Part shown: in pieces, positions 50,008 to 62,850 of the stretch | Position numbering within the stretch: position 1 is the stretch's first letter | Layout: every line of letters begins with the position of its first letter | NCBI RefSeq assembly: GCF_963676685.1 | Contig: NC_092350.1 | Location: forward strand, 38,626,001 to 38,690,000 | Direction: 5' to 3' | DNA length: 64,000 nucleotides | Origin: Mytilus edulis | Lineage: Eukaryota | The notes under the pieces: generated by a model | What the model saw: the letters and a program-made list of their open reading frames with translations, nothing else | What the model was told of the DNA's origin: nothing | Database searches by the model: none | Made by a program: the position numbers and the translations under genes

Positions 50008-51910
50008 TTCCTGGGAAAAATTGACCAGGGCAGACATTCTATACACGGCAATTATGTTTGAGAAAATATTTTTTTAACAGAAAGCTGAAAATAGATAAGA
50101 CTTGAACCGCACTTCACAGTTTAGCATTATCATGTTCGAATGAAGCTTGAAAACAATTTTCATGAATCGCTGACCAGTAGCTCATGAAAAAAAGTGCAAC
50201 GAAGATTTCAATGGGACGAAATGACATACGAACGGACACACATTTTGATAGACAGACATGAACGAAACAGTATAACTCCAACTTCTTAGAAGTAATCATA
50301 AAATTATGATGAAGAACATCCCACTAAAAAGGGATGATATCTTAGAAATTGAGAAATGCAGTATCGATGAAAAATAGTTCCATCAAACTGGGAACATGTC
50401 CATTAAAAAGAAAACAATCTTAAATTCTTCTATTCATGCTTTATCAACGGTAAAATTAAAACTTTAGTTTGCGTAGAACAGTGCAATCATATAAATTGTT
50501 GTATGTCTTATAAATGAATTCTAGATTAAAAGCTAAACTATGACTTTAGCAATCATATTCTACGATCAACAAAGTCGTAAATAAAATTTCGGATATTTCA
50601 AAGTAAAATTATGAATAGTATATATAGACACGTGTTTATAGAGCAACGTACTCCATTTTTGAAACTTTTCATTGTTGTGTTGTTGTTTATTGTTTTTACT
50701 CTGACATCTCTTTTTCAGACACATTTCGTCAACTGAGAAACATGTAGCAAAAAATTCAATTAAACACTGAATTCAAACTATTATAAAGTCGCCATGAGCT
50801 AAGAACCTACCCCCAATATTTCATTGTTCTTAATTTGTTTTTTGACTTACATCAAAAATACTTCATACTTTTACACAAAGTCGTATATCCTTCCGCTATA
50901 TATTCGAAAGTTAGAAACAAAATATGCACGAGCTGTACAATGCATTATGCTGTGCTTTTTGAAACTCATTATATTTTGCTAATAATGACATGAACGATAC
51001 ATAGTGCAACTGGATGAAATGCGATGTTACTATCTTTCTATCTACATATTTTTGAAGGATTACGATGCAAACGGTACTAGAATTTGATAACATTGATTTT
51101 AAGTTCACGTTTTGTCTTGAAAAACAAAAATATTTCACGTAATATTTAGAGGCAATTTACAACAAGTGACCTAAATGTAAGGTGTAGGAAGAAACTGACT
51201 AATTAATGTCAATTTAAAGCATACATTAATCAAGCCGTTAAGTTTCTTTTTTAGTTTTTATTTCGTTACTATGCAGTATGGGCTTTGCTCATTGATGAAG
51301 GCCGTACAGTTACATATAGTTGTTTATTTCTGTGTCATTTGGTTTGTTGTGACGAGTTGTCTCATTGGCAATCATACCACATCTTCTTTTCTATAAATAC
51401 ACATGTTTGAATATTGTAATAGGTCTTGAATGACTTTTAATGTATTACTTGAAACACCCAGTAATTAGATTTTGATTACAATATGGGAAAGTGTGATATC
51501 TGGAAATGTCTGGTAATATCTGATGACCTGTAAGTGACCCTCTGCTGTTGTTTTTTATTTGGTCGGGTTGTTGTCTCTTTGACAGATTCCCCATTTCCAT
51601 TCTCAATTTTATTATTACATAATTTTCTGATTAGTCTTTATAGTATACTATCAACGGATTGTCCTTACAAAGTCTTCGGGTTATATCATGGATTTCAGAA
51701 TATTCTTTTCAGTGTCGAAACATTTTATAGACAGTCATTGCATTTAAATATGATAAGTATTGTCAAGAACATTGCTTGCTTTTAACATAAAATCTAGGTC
51801 AGTGATCACCTAACTTGTGATGAGAGCCGCCGAAAATACTTACACTTTGTCACATATCATTTTGGAATGTGTTCATGTGTACAAGATTATATAAAGCAAA
51901 TATATTTCAG

Positions 51911-53443
51911 GTCATCAATTCATCAGCAATGAAAAGATAACAGGTTCGTTACAGATTACATGCCCAGAAATATCTTGCGAACTTCATCATTTTCCACAAG
52001 AACACTGCAAAGTCCAGACATTCTTTATGTACCATGGTGCATCGTGCCAGAGTTGTGTAGAGGACATTTGTCATGGTTCACAAGTGGTGCCTGCTTCCCT
52101 AATTGGGAATACTTCTCAAGTGCAAAACCTCCAAAAAACAGACAATTCAAATGAAGTCACTCCAAACCAAAAACAGACATTGCGTGTAGTCAATTATATC
52201 AATAAATTATGGACTTTGTTTGGAAACAATCTGAGAAAAGCGTTTAAATCAGGATATTCAAGGACGAGACGTAACCAACGAATGCAAGGATACGGAATAG
52301 TGCCTGTTTATGCAAAAGGTATGTTTTAAAATACAAATACGTCTATAGTTATAAAAATAGAAAAGAGCATACCTGTATTTTTAATTGAAACCCCTTTCCT
52401 ATTAAATTGTTTGCATTGTTTAACTTTAAAAGTATACCATATACATGTAAGCTTAACAGAAAAAAAAAGATCGATATTTTGTTTGTTTTGAAATGAATGT
52501 TTTTGAATGTACTTTTAATTCAGTTTTTAATTAAATTGCAGGTATAAACACCTTAAAACCAAAGTTACATATTAAATGTCCAGAAATAGAATGCCATAAT
52601 CATCACCAGCCTAAAGCTCACTGCATGGTTCATTCGTACTTTATTTACCATGGAAGAAAGTGTAACGGATGTATAGAGGATATATGTCTTGGTTCTCATA
52701 CTGTGGTCGATTTCTTAATAGGCAAAAATGATAGTAAATATGCACCAAGTCCAGAAAAACTACCTCTAAGAGATCAGGGAATCGGAAACAGAGTGATAGC
52801 TGGAGAATGGAAACCAGGACATTCTCAGCTTCCATTGCTAGAGAATCACAAACATAGCAGTAATGAACAAATAACTCAAGAATCTCATCAAGAATTTACA
52901 GACAGAATATATGGTAATTGGAGACCAGGACCCTCTCAACCTCCATTGCATGTAATACACATCCAGAATATAAATAGAAAAATAAATCCTGAAACCATTT
53001 TCCCCGACAAACACCAGGAGGCTAGAGGTAGACTTTTCTCTGGTGTTTGGAGATCAAGAAACCCCCAGCCTATTGTGGTGGAGATAGGTGTTCAAAAGAG
53101 TAAAGAACAATTAGAATGGTCAAGAAATCCAAATTTCAACAGAATTGAAAATAACATTAGAAATATTGATTCACAGTGGAATCACAAAAACAAGAATGGT
53201 GTACAAACGAATGCACATATCAATTCAAGACATAACTCCGGCAGGAATTGGAATCCAAATTCATTTACAAAAGTGCAAACAACTTTACAAAATAAAAAAA
53301 CTTCTAAAACCAATAAAGAAGGCAATATTGGTGTGGAACAAAAACAATCGTCTTTAACCAGAAAAGATGGGGCAATATGGCAGATTAGAGCCAAAGGCAA
53401 ATCATTTCTACAAAGCTTGTTTCATCCAGCATTCTTTAGTTAA
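51911..53443 (+). CDS. Secreted protein B, tandem paralog of A (5'-partial: leader exon not located); exons 51911-52318 and 52542-53443
   Basis: Both exons are open with intact phase-1 splice sites. Each Cys module is 32/37 identical to its counterpart in A. Shared C-terminus LQSLFHPAF, alignable 3' UTR, AATAAA at 53615-53620. Confidence 0.8.
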
Positions 53444-54014
53444 TAGTTATAATACTCATTATGCAATTCCATTGCTGCTTTCGGTAGAAAAAGCAGTTAT
53501 CGTAGTTAGATCGTTGTAAATCCAAATCATTCTTATGTATAACGCATATTTTAGAAATTATTATGTTTATGGAAATATTTATGTTTTCAGATGGAGGTTT
53601 TGAACTTCCTTTACAATAAAAAAAATATAAATAATATGCATTTAAAATAAATAATACGAGGTACGAATTGTGGGAAGGGTTGATATAGATGGACGTGATT
53701 TAGAAAGGACTAGTTCGAAAATGAATGCACACATTGCATGCAATACATCAACGCCATATATATATATATTTTAAAATCGAAGTTGATATAAAAAGATTTG
53801 TTTTGGTATGCATACACCATATTGAATAGCCCATTTCCTATATATACTAATTAAGTACACAATAATCAAAATCTTTTGTATCTGTAATTAAAACATTCAC
53901 AAAGGTGTGATATAGAGGTCACGTTGAAACTAAACCAATTAATGAAGGTCAACACTGGGTGTAACGTCTTGGTATTATTTTCTCAATTCTATACGGAGAT
54001 TTCGTATATTGCAA

Positions 54015-54310
54015 AAGTAAAATAACAAAAATACCGAACGAGGAAAACTCAAAACCGAAAGTCCGTAATCAAATAGCAAAATGAAATGCCGAAACACAGC
54101 GAATGAATGGATAACAACTGTCATATCCCTGACTTAATACGGGTATTTTCTTATGTATTGATTAAACCTGTATTTATAGCTAGCTTAACCTCTAACTTAT
54201 ATGAAAGTTGCATAATATCCATTTTATTGCAACGATGTGTGAACATTTCAAACAGACATAATAGGCAAACATGTCAAAAAGAGGGTACAGCAGTCAACAT
54301 TGTGTTATAA
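54015..54310. repeat. Dispersed repeat; related fragment at ~38825-38965
   Basis: Shared aacaaaa(a)t(a/g)ccgaac..ggaaaa(c/t)tcaaaac and gaatgga(t/a)aacaactgtcatat. Confidence 0.6.
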
Positions 54311-55507
54311 TCTTGATTACTTTAAAAATAAATTGACAGTCCTGTAGACGTAACTATTCGCTCTTATAGTGCCAATGTGTCAGGAATGGGTAAAACACGT
54401 AGTCAAAAGTGACGGTCTATAAGAATTCTGTTCAAACCGGTGCCAAAGGCCGTATTAAACTTTTATTAAGACGAGAGGTTTTTGTTTGCTCAATGTTCAA
54501 AGCCTCGCTGTGAGTTTAAGATATGAAGAGCATCAAAAGCGGTGTTGTTTTGCTTTTTGCAATGCAATTACTGATTTTGTTTTATAGATGGATAACACAA
54601 AACCTATTTTTTCTATTATAAAAAATGCATTCTAGTGTAATCAACTTCTTAAAAGGAGTTTTACGGGGGTATTTCTGAACGAATCATTTCAAGGGTTTAA
54701 CCACAACAATTAAGGCAAACTTACAATTTTGTTGATTGTTGTTGCAATTCGGATTAAGGAGTGAATTTAGCAGTCCGACAACTAATTTTCAATAAAAGAA
54801 CATTGTCAGTATTTCTTTTACTATACGTATAACAGATCAACGAAAGAAACAAAAGCGATCCTCATTCTCGGGGTGATCCATAAACTCTGATCACAACACA
54901 ACTGTTCTATCCATTTTATCTTAATATTAAAACAAAGTTGTTTACAATTTTCCAAATAATAAAAGAGAAATGAAAATAATGCAGAAAGAGCTGTTATCAT
55001 ATCTCATCTTTACAGCGTGTTGATTTCGCAATTCAAATGTTAAAACTGGAGAAATTGTATGTTCATACAATAAACATAATGTCTATTATCAAAGAAACTT
55101 CAGACACACACAGTGCATTCCCATTACGGACAAAGCAAGTAATGGTACACAAAATAAATATGACGATAGCAAATTGTTTTGAAAAACAAACTTAAACAGG
55201 TTAGCTTGTGGCCAAATGTTTGAACAGCCGAGTACATTTAAAACGTTCATTTATGGTGGTTTACAATTTTTACACAAGTTAAAATAGTTGACATGTAAAA
55301 TGTATGTTATACTTGTAGTATTAACCGCATAATCCGTCAGAAAAGTTTTATATTCTACCTTGTAAATTGGACAATATACAGAAGTCTTATGACGAGTGTT
55401 TACAAAGATTTATGTTAAGTTATGATTTATGCCAGTCACTGGGTTACTTAAATAAACAAGTGAATGCATTGACAGCAACCGCATCCTATTCGTTCTACTT
55501 TTGACCA

Positions 55508-55630
55508 CAAATGGGCCGCAATAACAATTATGTAGTACATCCCACTAAAAGGAATCAACCAGTTATTCAAATGGGCCGCAATAACAATTATGTAGTACAT
55601 CCCACTAAAAGGAATCAACCAGTTATTCAA
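55508..55630. repeat. Perfect 60-bp tandem duplication
   Basis: caaatgggccgcaataacaattatgtagtacatcccactaaaaggaatcaaccagttatt x2. Confidence 0.95.
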
Positions 55631-56677
55631 AAAAATACAATAATATTGCAGTACATATAATTTGTTTTTATTTAAAAGATATAGTTACTAAAAATAGTAT
55701 AATATAAACAACATTTAAATTTGAAACTTGTGTAACACGTTCATCAGTGCCATCAAAGATGTGCCTGTGTATCCAGTAATAAATAAATAAGGGCAAACCC
55801 GGCCTGTTTTATAGCAAACGTTGTTTACAAAGCTTGAGATAATTGAAATCTTAGTTTCTTAATGACCAATTTATTTATCAACAGGATTTTTTTCTCTGTG
55901 AAAAATGTGTTATGAATCCTGTCATAACCAAAGCACTGACAACTGGGCTAGTGACATTCTGTAGGACTAGCTCAGCAGTAATAATCAAAATAAAGCTTTA
56001 TTATTTTTTACATCTAGATCTACCTTCACCATGAATGCTTAAACCTAAAGATTTAAACTTGAGGGATGAAAAAATACGGAAAAACGTTAGAAGCATGATC
56101 AAACGGGAACGTAAATGACATTAGCGTGGCTAATCTTATGCTGCTATTTAACTACGTTAGAATAAATGGTCTTACATACGTAGTAGTGATTGGAGTTATC
56201 CCTCCTTGAATAACAATGTGCAAGTTTATGGTACAGAATTAAATTCACTAAACAATAAAATAGTGACACTTAATATTTTTAACCAATTCTGTAGCACTTT
56301 TACTATTAATAATCACGTAACCAGTTGATCTGTTTAGGAACTCAAAGAACATAATAGTTTAGTTCTTGTTTGTAATATTACAAAATTAAAAGCCTTTGAA
56401 ATTTTGTTTTTTAATTTACATAATATTATAATTGGTTTCTAGTCTTAACATACAAAATGTAAAAATGTATGTAGACAAGAAAAGTCCTGTTATACTATTT
56501 GTATGGGATATGACATTACACCGGGGTTTGGGTTGCATAAAATCAAAATGTTGACTCGCAGGACTGGTTTTGCGTTTGAAACATAGAAATGATGTTTTGA
56601 AAATTCATTATATTTGTATCGGAAGTGTAATGCAATTGTTTATAGCTGGTAATTAAATACTCATATGTAATTCAGAG

Positions 56678-57562
56678 AAGAGAGGCGAAAGATACCAGAG
56701 GGACATTCAAACTTATGAATTGGAAATAAACTGACATCGCCATGGCTAAAAAAAAGACCAACAGACAAATAATAAATCTGTAAACACAATATATTAAACT
56801 AAAGACTGAGAAACATGAATACCACCAAATATTTGGAGTGTGGTATAAAGTGCCCCGGAAGGGTAAGCGAAGATTCTACTCCACATGTGGTACCCGTCGT
56901 GATTCTCCTGTTAGTACAAACCCGGTAATAACTTTTTTCGGTAGGTAAAACTCAGGAAAAGTAGACGGGATTGAAGTTACTACATTATAAACATATCCGT
57001 TATCATCTATGAAACAGATATTCCATAACGGTCAACCAACTAGTAAAATATACGAAAGGATGATTTCAACCTCACCATTTAGAACCATGTTTAATAGCTT
57101 CCTTATGAGCAGTACTGTAACCCTCTATCAAGGAAATCATGATCAGACATACAAGCCCTGGAATATGGTATCACTTAGGGGATGTATATTCCGTATGCAG
57201 TCACTGGTGGAATGTTGCTATGTCGAAATAGAAAGTTCACAACTAGGAAGCCGAATCATGTCGTTTGACGTAAGTTTTGTTTGTAACCGATATGCATTGT
57301 CAATTTTTAGATGTAAGAAAAGATATAAGGTATATTTGTATGTTTTATCCTTTATCACAAGTTAGATTGGATAGATGCGATCAACAAAGTCGCCAAACTT
57401 TTAATTATTTCGTGAGAGATCATCATCTTTATAGTGGAATGTGAAGTTAAAGATTACTGCTTTACTATTTACTTCTTTTCTTCCTTCGTAAGAAGTTCGT
57501 GTATGAAGTCAGCCTCATATTAACAAATGTACAGGTCAGCAAGAGGGGCACAGTTAGTTCCG
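56678..57562 (-). mobile_element. Decayed Penelope-like retroelement (RT C-terminal half and 3' tail)
   Basis: Minus-strand fragments GTNCAPLADLY..YEADFI..FNFTFHYKDDDLS..FGDFVDRIY..VNFLF..SNIP correspond to the PMGxxxxP and YxDD RT motifs; multiple stops and frameshifts. Confidence 0.75.
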
Positions 57563-60500
57563 TAAGTGTTCATTTTTGTGTCTGTTTACTTTTATGGGAC
57601 AGTTTTCTCTTCCGCAATTCATCGAATGCATTATAATTACTTGCCATACTGTTAAGGTCACTTTTTTTATACCTCTCCGTACCGTAGGAATTTCAAATGT
57701 ACGTTCGTTTCAATCCCTCATAAAGACACTATCATCCATCCTTCGTCAGCTGAAACATTTTTGCAATGGTTTATTATTTACAGATTTCATTTAATTTACA
57801 TACAATGAAACTAATAATCAAGCAACGGAATGACCTCGTTTTGTATATGAATATTGTTGAAGTTTATATTTTATCACTGCATTCCTTGCAGTTTTCACAC
57901 AATGCAATGTCTAGTTGTCCATTTCACGTCGGAACATTGCTTCTGTTTTAGGGCAGCCTTTTTTTGTATCTACTTTACCTTTTTTCAATTCTTTCCAATG
58001 TTTACGTGCTTGATTTAAGTGTTTGTTATTCAAATTAAAGCTTTCTTTTATCATTGTTGATATATCACTGAAACGAGTGTCACATCAAACATGAAATATA
58101 ACATTTTTGTAATCATATCTCATTTCTCATTCATTATTTACTAATTTTAATGCATTGCTTTATGATTTTAATATTAATTAGCAATAACTAGGTTGTTGAC
58201 ACTTAAAAAATCATGGTGGTCTGTGTTTATATATTACTAAAGACAATGAGAAGATGACAGTTTGAGAGACAGGGGTATTTGAAAAAGTTTAACAAATATT
58301 TATGAAATACACCTATAGCTCCTGAGGTGACAGTGCATTGCCTTCATTTTGTGACTGACAATAGATGGCTTGAGGAATTGCACATGTAAAAGATTAAGAT
58401 TGTAATATACAATGCTTTAATGAATTTGAATTAACCAAAGGGCAATAAGAACTGTGTACTTAGCTATGGAAAGGGGTTGCACTCTTTAAAAAGAAGACCT
58501 GTCCCTTCAAGAGCAATCTCAAGAAATTATAACATGGGCATATTGAGTTAAATGTTGTGTACATACATGTGTTCAACTGCTTACGCTATGTCAACATTTT
58601 AATGCGTAAGAAAATATAACATGTAAAGGGGTGGTCTTTTAAAAATGGTCTATATGTTCAGTAGTTGTCGTTTGTTGATGTGGTTCATAAGTGTTTCTCG
58701 TTCCCCGTTTTTTTATGTAGATTAGCTAGACCGTTGGTTTTCCGGTTTGTATGGTTTTACATTTTAATATATTTTTAGGGCTCTGTATAGCTTGCTATTC
58801 GGTGTGAGCCAAGTCTCTGTTTTGAAACCGCATCTTGACCTATAATGGTTTACCTTTATAAAGTGTGACTTGGATGGAGAGTTGTCTTATTGGCACGCAT
58901 ACCATATTTTTTTATATACAACAGAAAAAGACGGATAGATAAAGATGACTTCCGATGAAGAGATTGATCTCTAGCTTCCAGTTTTAAACTAACACTGTAG
59001 GTCAAAATTTAGAAAAAAGGAGATATATTTAGATTTCATTTAGACAACTCTCCTTCAGAGATCAAATAACGTTTAAAAACTATAGGTCACCGTACGGCCT
59101 TCTATGTAATGATAAGCATCAAACCGCATAACATAAAATTGAGAATGGAAATGGGGAATGTGTCAAAGAGACAACAACCCGACCAAATAAAAAACAACAG
59201 CAGAGGGTCACCAACAGGTCTTCAATGTAGCGAGAAACTTCCGCACCCGGAGGCGTCCTTCAGCTGGCCCCTAAACAAATATATACTAGTCCAGTGATAA
59301 TGAACGCCATAACAAGCTATAACAGGTTCCGAACTGCCAAATGTAGACTATTCCAAACGAGTTACATTTTGTAACAAGCGGTCTGGTTTATAATATAATC
59401 AAAATACGAAACAGAAATAGTATATTCAGCATTAAACGACAACCACTGAAATACAGACATTGAGACAGATACATACATCTTCAGAGTGTGGCGGTGTTGA
59501 ACCCTCCCTTATTCTGGGACAGTCATAAGAAGAAACTATAAAAACCAGTTGAAATAGGCTTAACTCATCAAAACGATGCAAAGAACGACATCAAACAAAA
59601 TCACAGACAGGAAGTGACCCTATATATCCATCCTTTCTTCTTTAAAACAGAACAGAAAACACTAAGTACAGAAATGCGAGTACTCGAGTTTACTGACAGC
59701 TAGTTCAAAGCCAATGACAACCAATAAATAATTCACAATTCTAAGATTAGGATTCTAGGCTGTAAAAGTTAAACTCTAGTAAAATATTATCTTCCCTGAT
59801 GTAGCAATCAATACTCAAAAGTTTTCTTTAAACAAGTAAGTACATGTATAGTTTATTCGTTTTTTATTTAAATTATAGTTTATATTTGTCATAGTTGATG
59901 TATATAACCAGTAATGTAACATATTAGTGATTGATAATCTTATTCTTATTCATTATAATGTTGTTTATGAAGTGTTGATGTGTTTAATTAATGATTAAAA
60001 TCTTAAATAGATGCAAGCACACATGGTTGTTTTTAGTGAAAAAATAAATACAAATTCTGTACTTTATGTTAATGCGCAAAAATGAAACAAGCCGGTGCAA
60101 TAATTTTCAATTGGTAATTTATTTTTACCGAAAAAGAAGAACAACATTTTTTAATTCAGAGTGAAAATAGTTTTACTGTTAAAAAAAATTAAAAAAAATT
60201 GAAAAATTAAACAATGATACCAAGATCCTTGCGGTGAGTTTGAAATACATTGAAACGAAAATAACTTTTTATTGACAGGCTTGCAAAACCTTATAATCCG
60301 GCTGATCGGTGAAAAAAATTGCTCAAATAATGAGAGAGCACCAAATTTTGCATGATGGTACATTTTTGTGTACTTAGCAATATTAGCTATGGACCCACCT
60401 TCAAAATTTAATATGACGGCTTATTTCCAGATGGCCACCATACGTTCTAAATAATTTTCCAGTATTGCACAAACCACAAGGGATTTGATGATGGAAGCAC

Positions 60501-61010
60501 AAACTTCCACACATTTAAATGAATTGGTGTACTTGGCAGGATTTTGTTTTGATCTATCTTTAAAATTTAATATGGCGGCTACTTTTTCAAAATTACCGCC
60601 TTGAAAAATAAGCAAATATTCATCTTTGCAATTATTTTGTATCAATGTTTCTGACTGGATGACAGTTAGCGTATAATTCTCTATCTCCTTGTCTGTAACT
60701 AAGGAAGCCGACATTTTGAATTGCTGAATGTATTGACATGTAATTTCTACAATAATAAGCCAAAAAACTCACATGTTGCACCTAAAATCTTCTTTTTTAT
60801 TATTACATTCTGAAGCGGCACAGAAGCAAGAAAACGCCCGGTGTTTATGTTTGACACCGGAAGCATACCTATGACGTCACCTATTAGGGACCAAAGAAGG
60901 GACATGTAGGGAACAGAAGAAGATAACATCTTTTCACGGATTTATTTTAATGAAGATTTTACACTGAAATAAGGATTGACATATAATAATGAACTTGTTT
61001 TGCATTAGAA

Positions 61011-61120
61011 TAGAGATAACTGTATTGTATTTGAAGCTTTGCGGACGTCCATCGATAGTTTTACTGTCGCAAATTAAGTTTACCTGGCGACGCGTTCAAA
61101 TACAATACAGTTATCTCTTA
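61011..61120. repeat. Short inverted-repeat element
   Basis: agagataactgtattgtatttgaa ... ttcaaatacaatacagttatctct. Confidence 0.7.
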
Positions 61121-61623
61121 ATTAACCTGAATTTAAGCATTTGAATAAAATATAGTGTCATTTAGTCTCTGTACCAGTTCTGCCCTTTTGATTTTGCCTG
61201 GCTTGTTATTTCATATACAGAGCAGTAGCTTTCATCATCACCACCATCATACCTTATTTGCTCCTATAGGATATTGACAAAATGCATATGCAAATTTAGT
61301 ACAATTACAAAGTTTTGAAATTAGATAATAGAATTAAAGTCACTTAATATTTTGGATTGAAAGTATTTACAGTTTACAATATTTAAGAAAGGAAAATCCT
61401 GCAGTAGTAGCTTTCATTAAAAGCTGCAATATTTTTTCTCTTAGGTCACACATACAAGCTGTGATTTGAGATTTATCTGCCCTAAGATATTATTTAGTGC
61501 CTATCTTATTTCTTGGGTTGCAATATTTTGCAAGTTCAGATAGTATACTGTGAAAATTGTATAAACACATATCAGTGATATGGACAACAAGGACAAGAAC
61601 ATTATACAACAAGGACAAGAACA

Positions 61624-62850
61624 TTGGACAACAAGGACAAGAACATTGATATTGCAGAAACTGAATCACTTGGGGATATGGAGAAATCAACAATCGAAGA
61701 CACTTCAACAGAGGACAACTCAGAAATGACTATTCAACAATTCTACCAAGAGTTTTTAGCAGATAGGAAATCTAATGCTCAAAGAACAGCTGAAATTGAC
61801 CGCACTATCAAGTTTCTCCAATGCTGACTGCAGTGCCTACTAACAGTATCATCCCTGTCGATTCAGTGCCAAATCCTCCTCCTCCCATATTTATGACTCC
61901 AATTATGACAACCTCGTCCGCTTCTTGGCTCTAACAGGCTTGCCACAACAGCAAGCTGACTCCACTGACCGATTCAGGAAAGGGCAGAGGAAACCGCTCT
62001 TCTTCAGACTCCTCTATGGAGAGAGAATATACCCGATGACAAGAAAGTTCTGGTACCAGGGACCGGAGCCGAGGCCCACGGCTCCCAAAATACAAAATTA
62101 ATATTCAATGAAAGAGTATCCATGACTTTGGAGGTGTTCATTTACCAATTTGAACGGACTGCTGACAGACGACAATGGGGAAAAGAGGAAAAAGGTGTGT
62201 AGGTTTCTAGATTGCCTGGCCGATGTTGTCTTGAAGTACGCTTGTAAGGTAAACACAGATGATGATTCAAAACCCTTAAGAAAAACATTGAAGCAGCGCT
62301 TCAGCAAGAAAGACAATCGTACCAGATTGGAACCGAAGCATTCCTCATTGGATTTGAAGACAAATATTCTGTAATAGAGAGGACCCAGAAACGACCAACA
62401 AGGCGTTAAAACAATTGAAAACCTCAATAGCCAACCAGATGGCGATACATGGATCAAAAAGTGTCAAGTATGCCCATCGACAAGTCTTCTTTGCTGATGG
62501 CGCAGTATCACCGACCGATAAAGAGTATATGAGCAGTTCTTTGGAAAATGAGGTAACCTCACTCAAATTTTCACAAAACTAGCTAATGTTTGCTTTCAAA
62601 TAATCATTATAATCGCTTGAAGATCACCAGATCAATTGAAGATCACCTGATCAATATACATGTACACGTGGAAGATCCCCATAGCAATATAATTGCGGTA
62701 GATCGCCAGATAGAAATGCATCCAAGTTTAATGCCTATCGACCAGCAACACCCCACCAAGACAGAGATCATATAGCCTCTAAGGACAACGGTAACCATCT
62801 CCACGGACAAACTCTGGAAATCCCGGTTATTACAGGCAACGAGTCGGGCC
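61624..62850 (+). mobile_element. Decayed LTR-retrotransposon (Ty3/Gypsy-like) gag region
   Basis: Frameshifted fragments ..TLEVFIYQFERTADRRQWGKEEK/VCRFLDCLADVVLKY..LRKTLKQRFSKKD resemble the gag capsid N-terminal helices; higher GC than the flanks; no pol seen. Confidence 0.6.
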
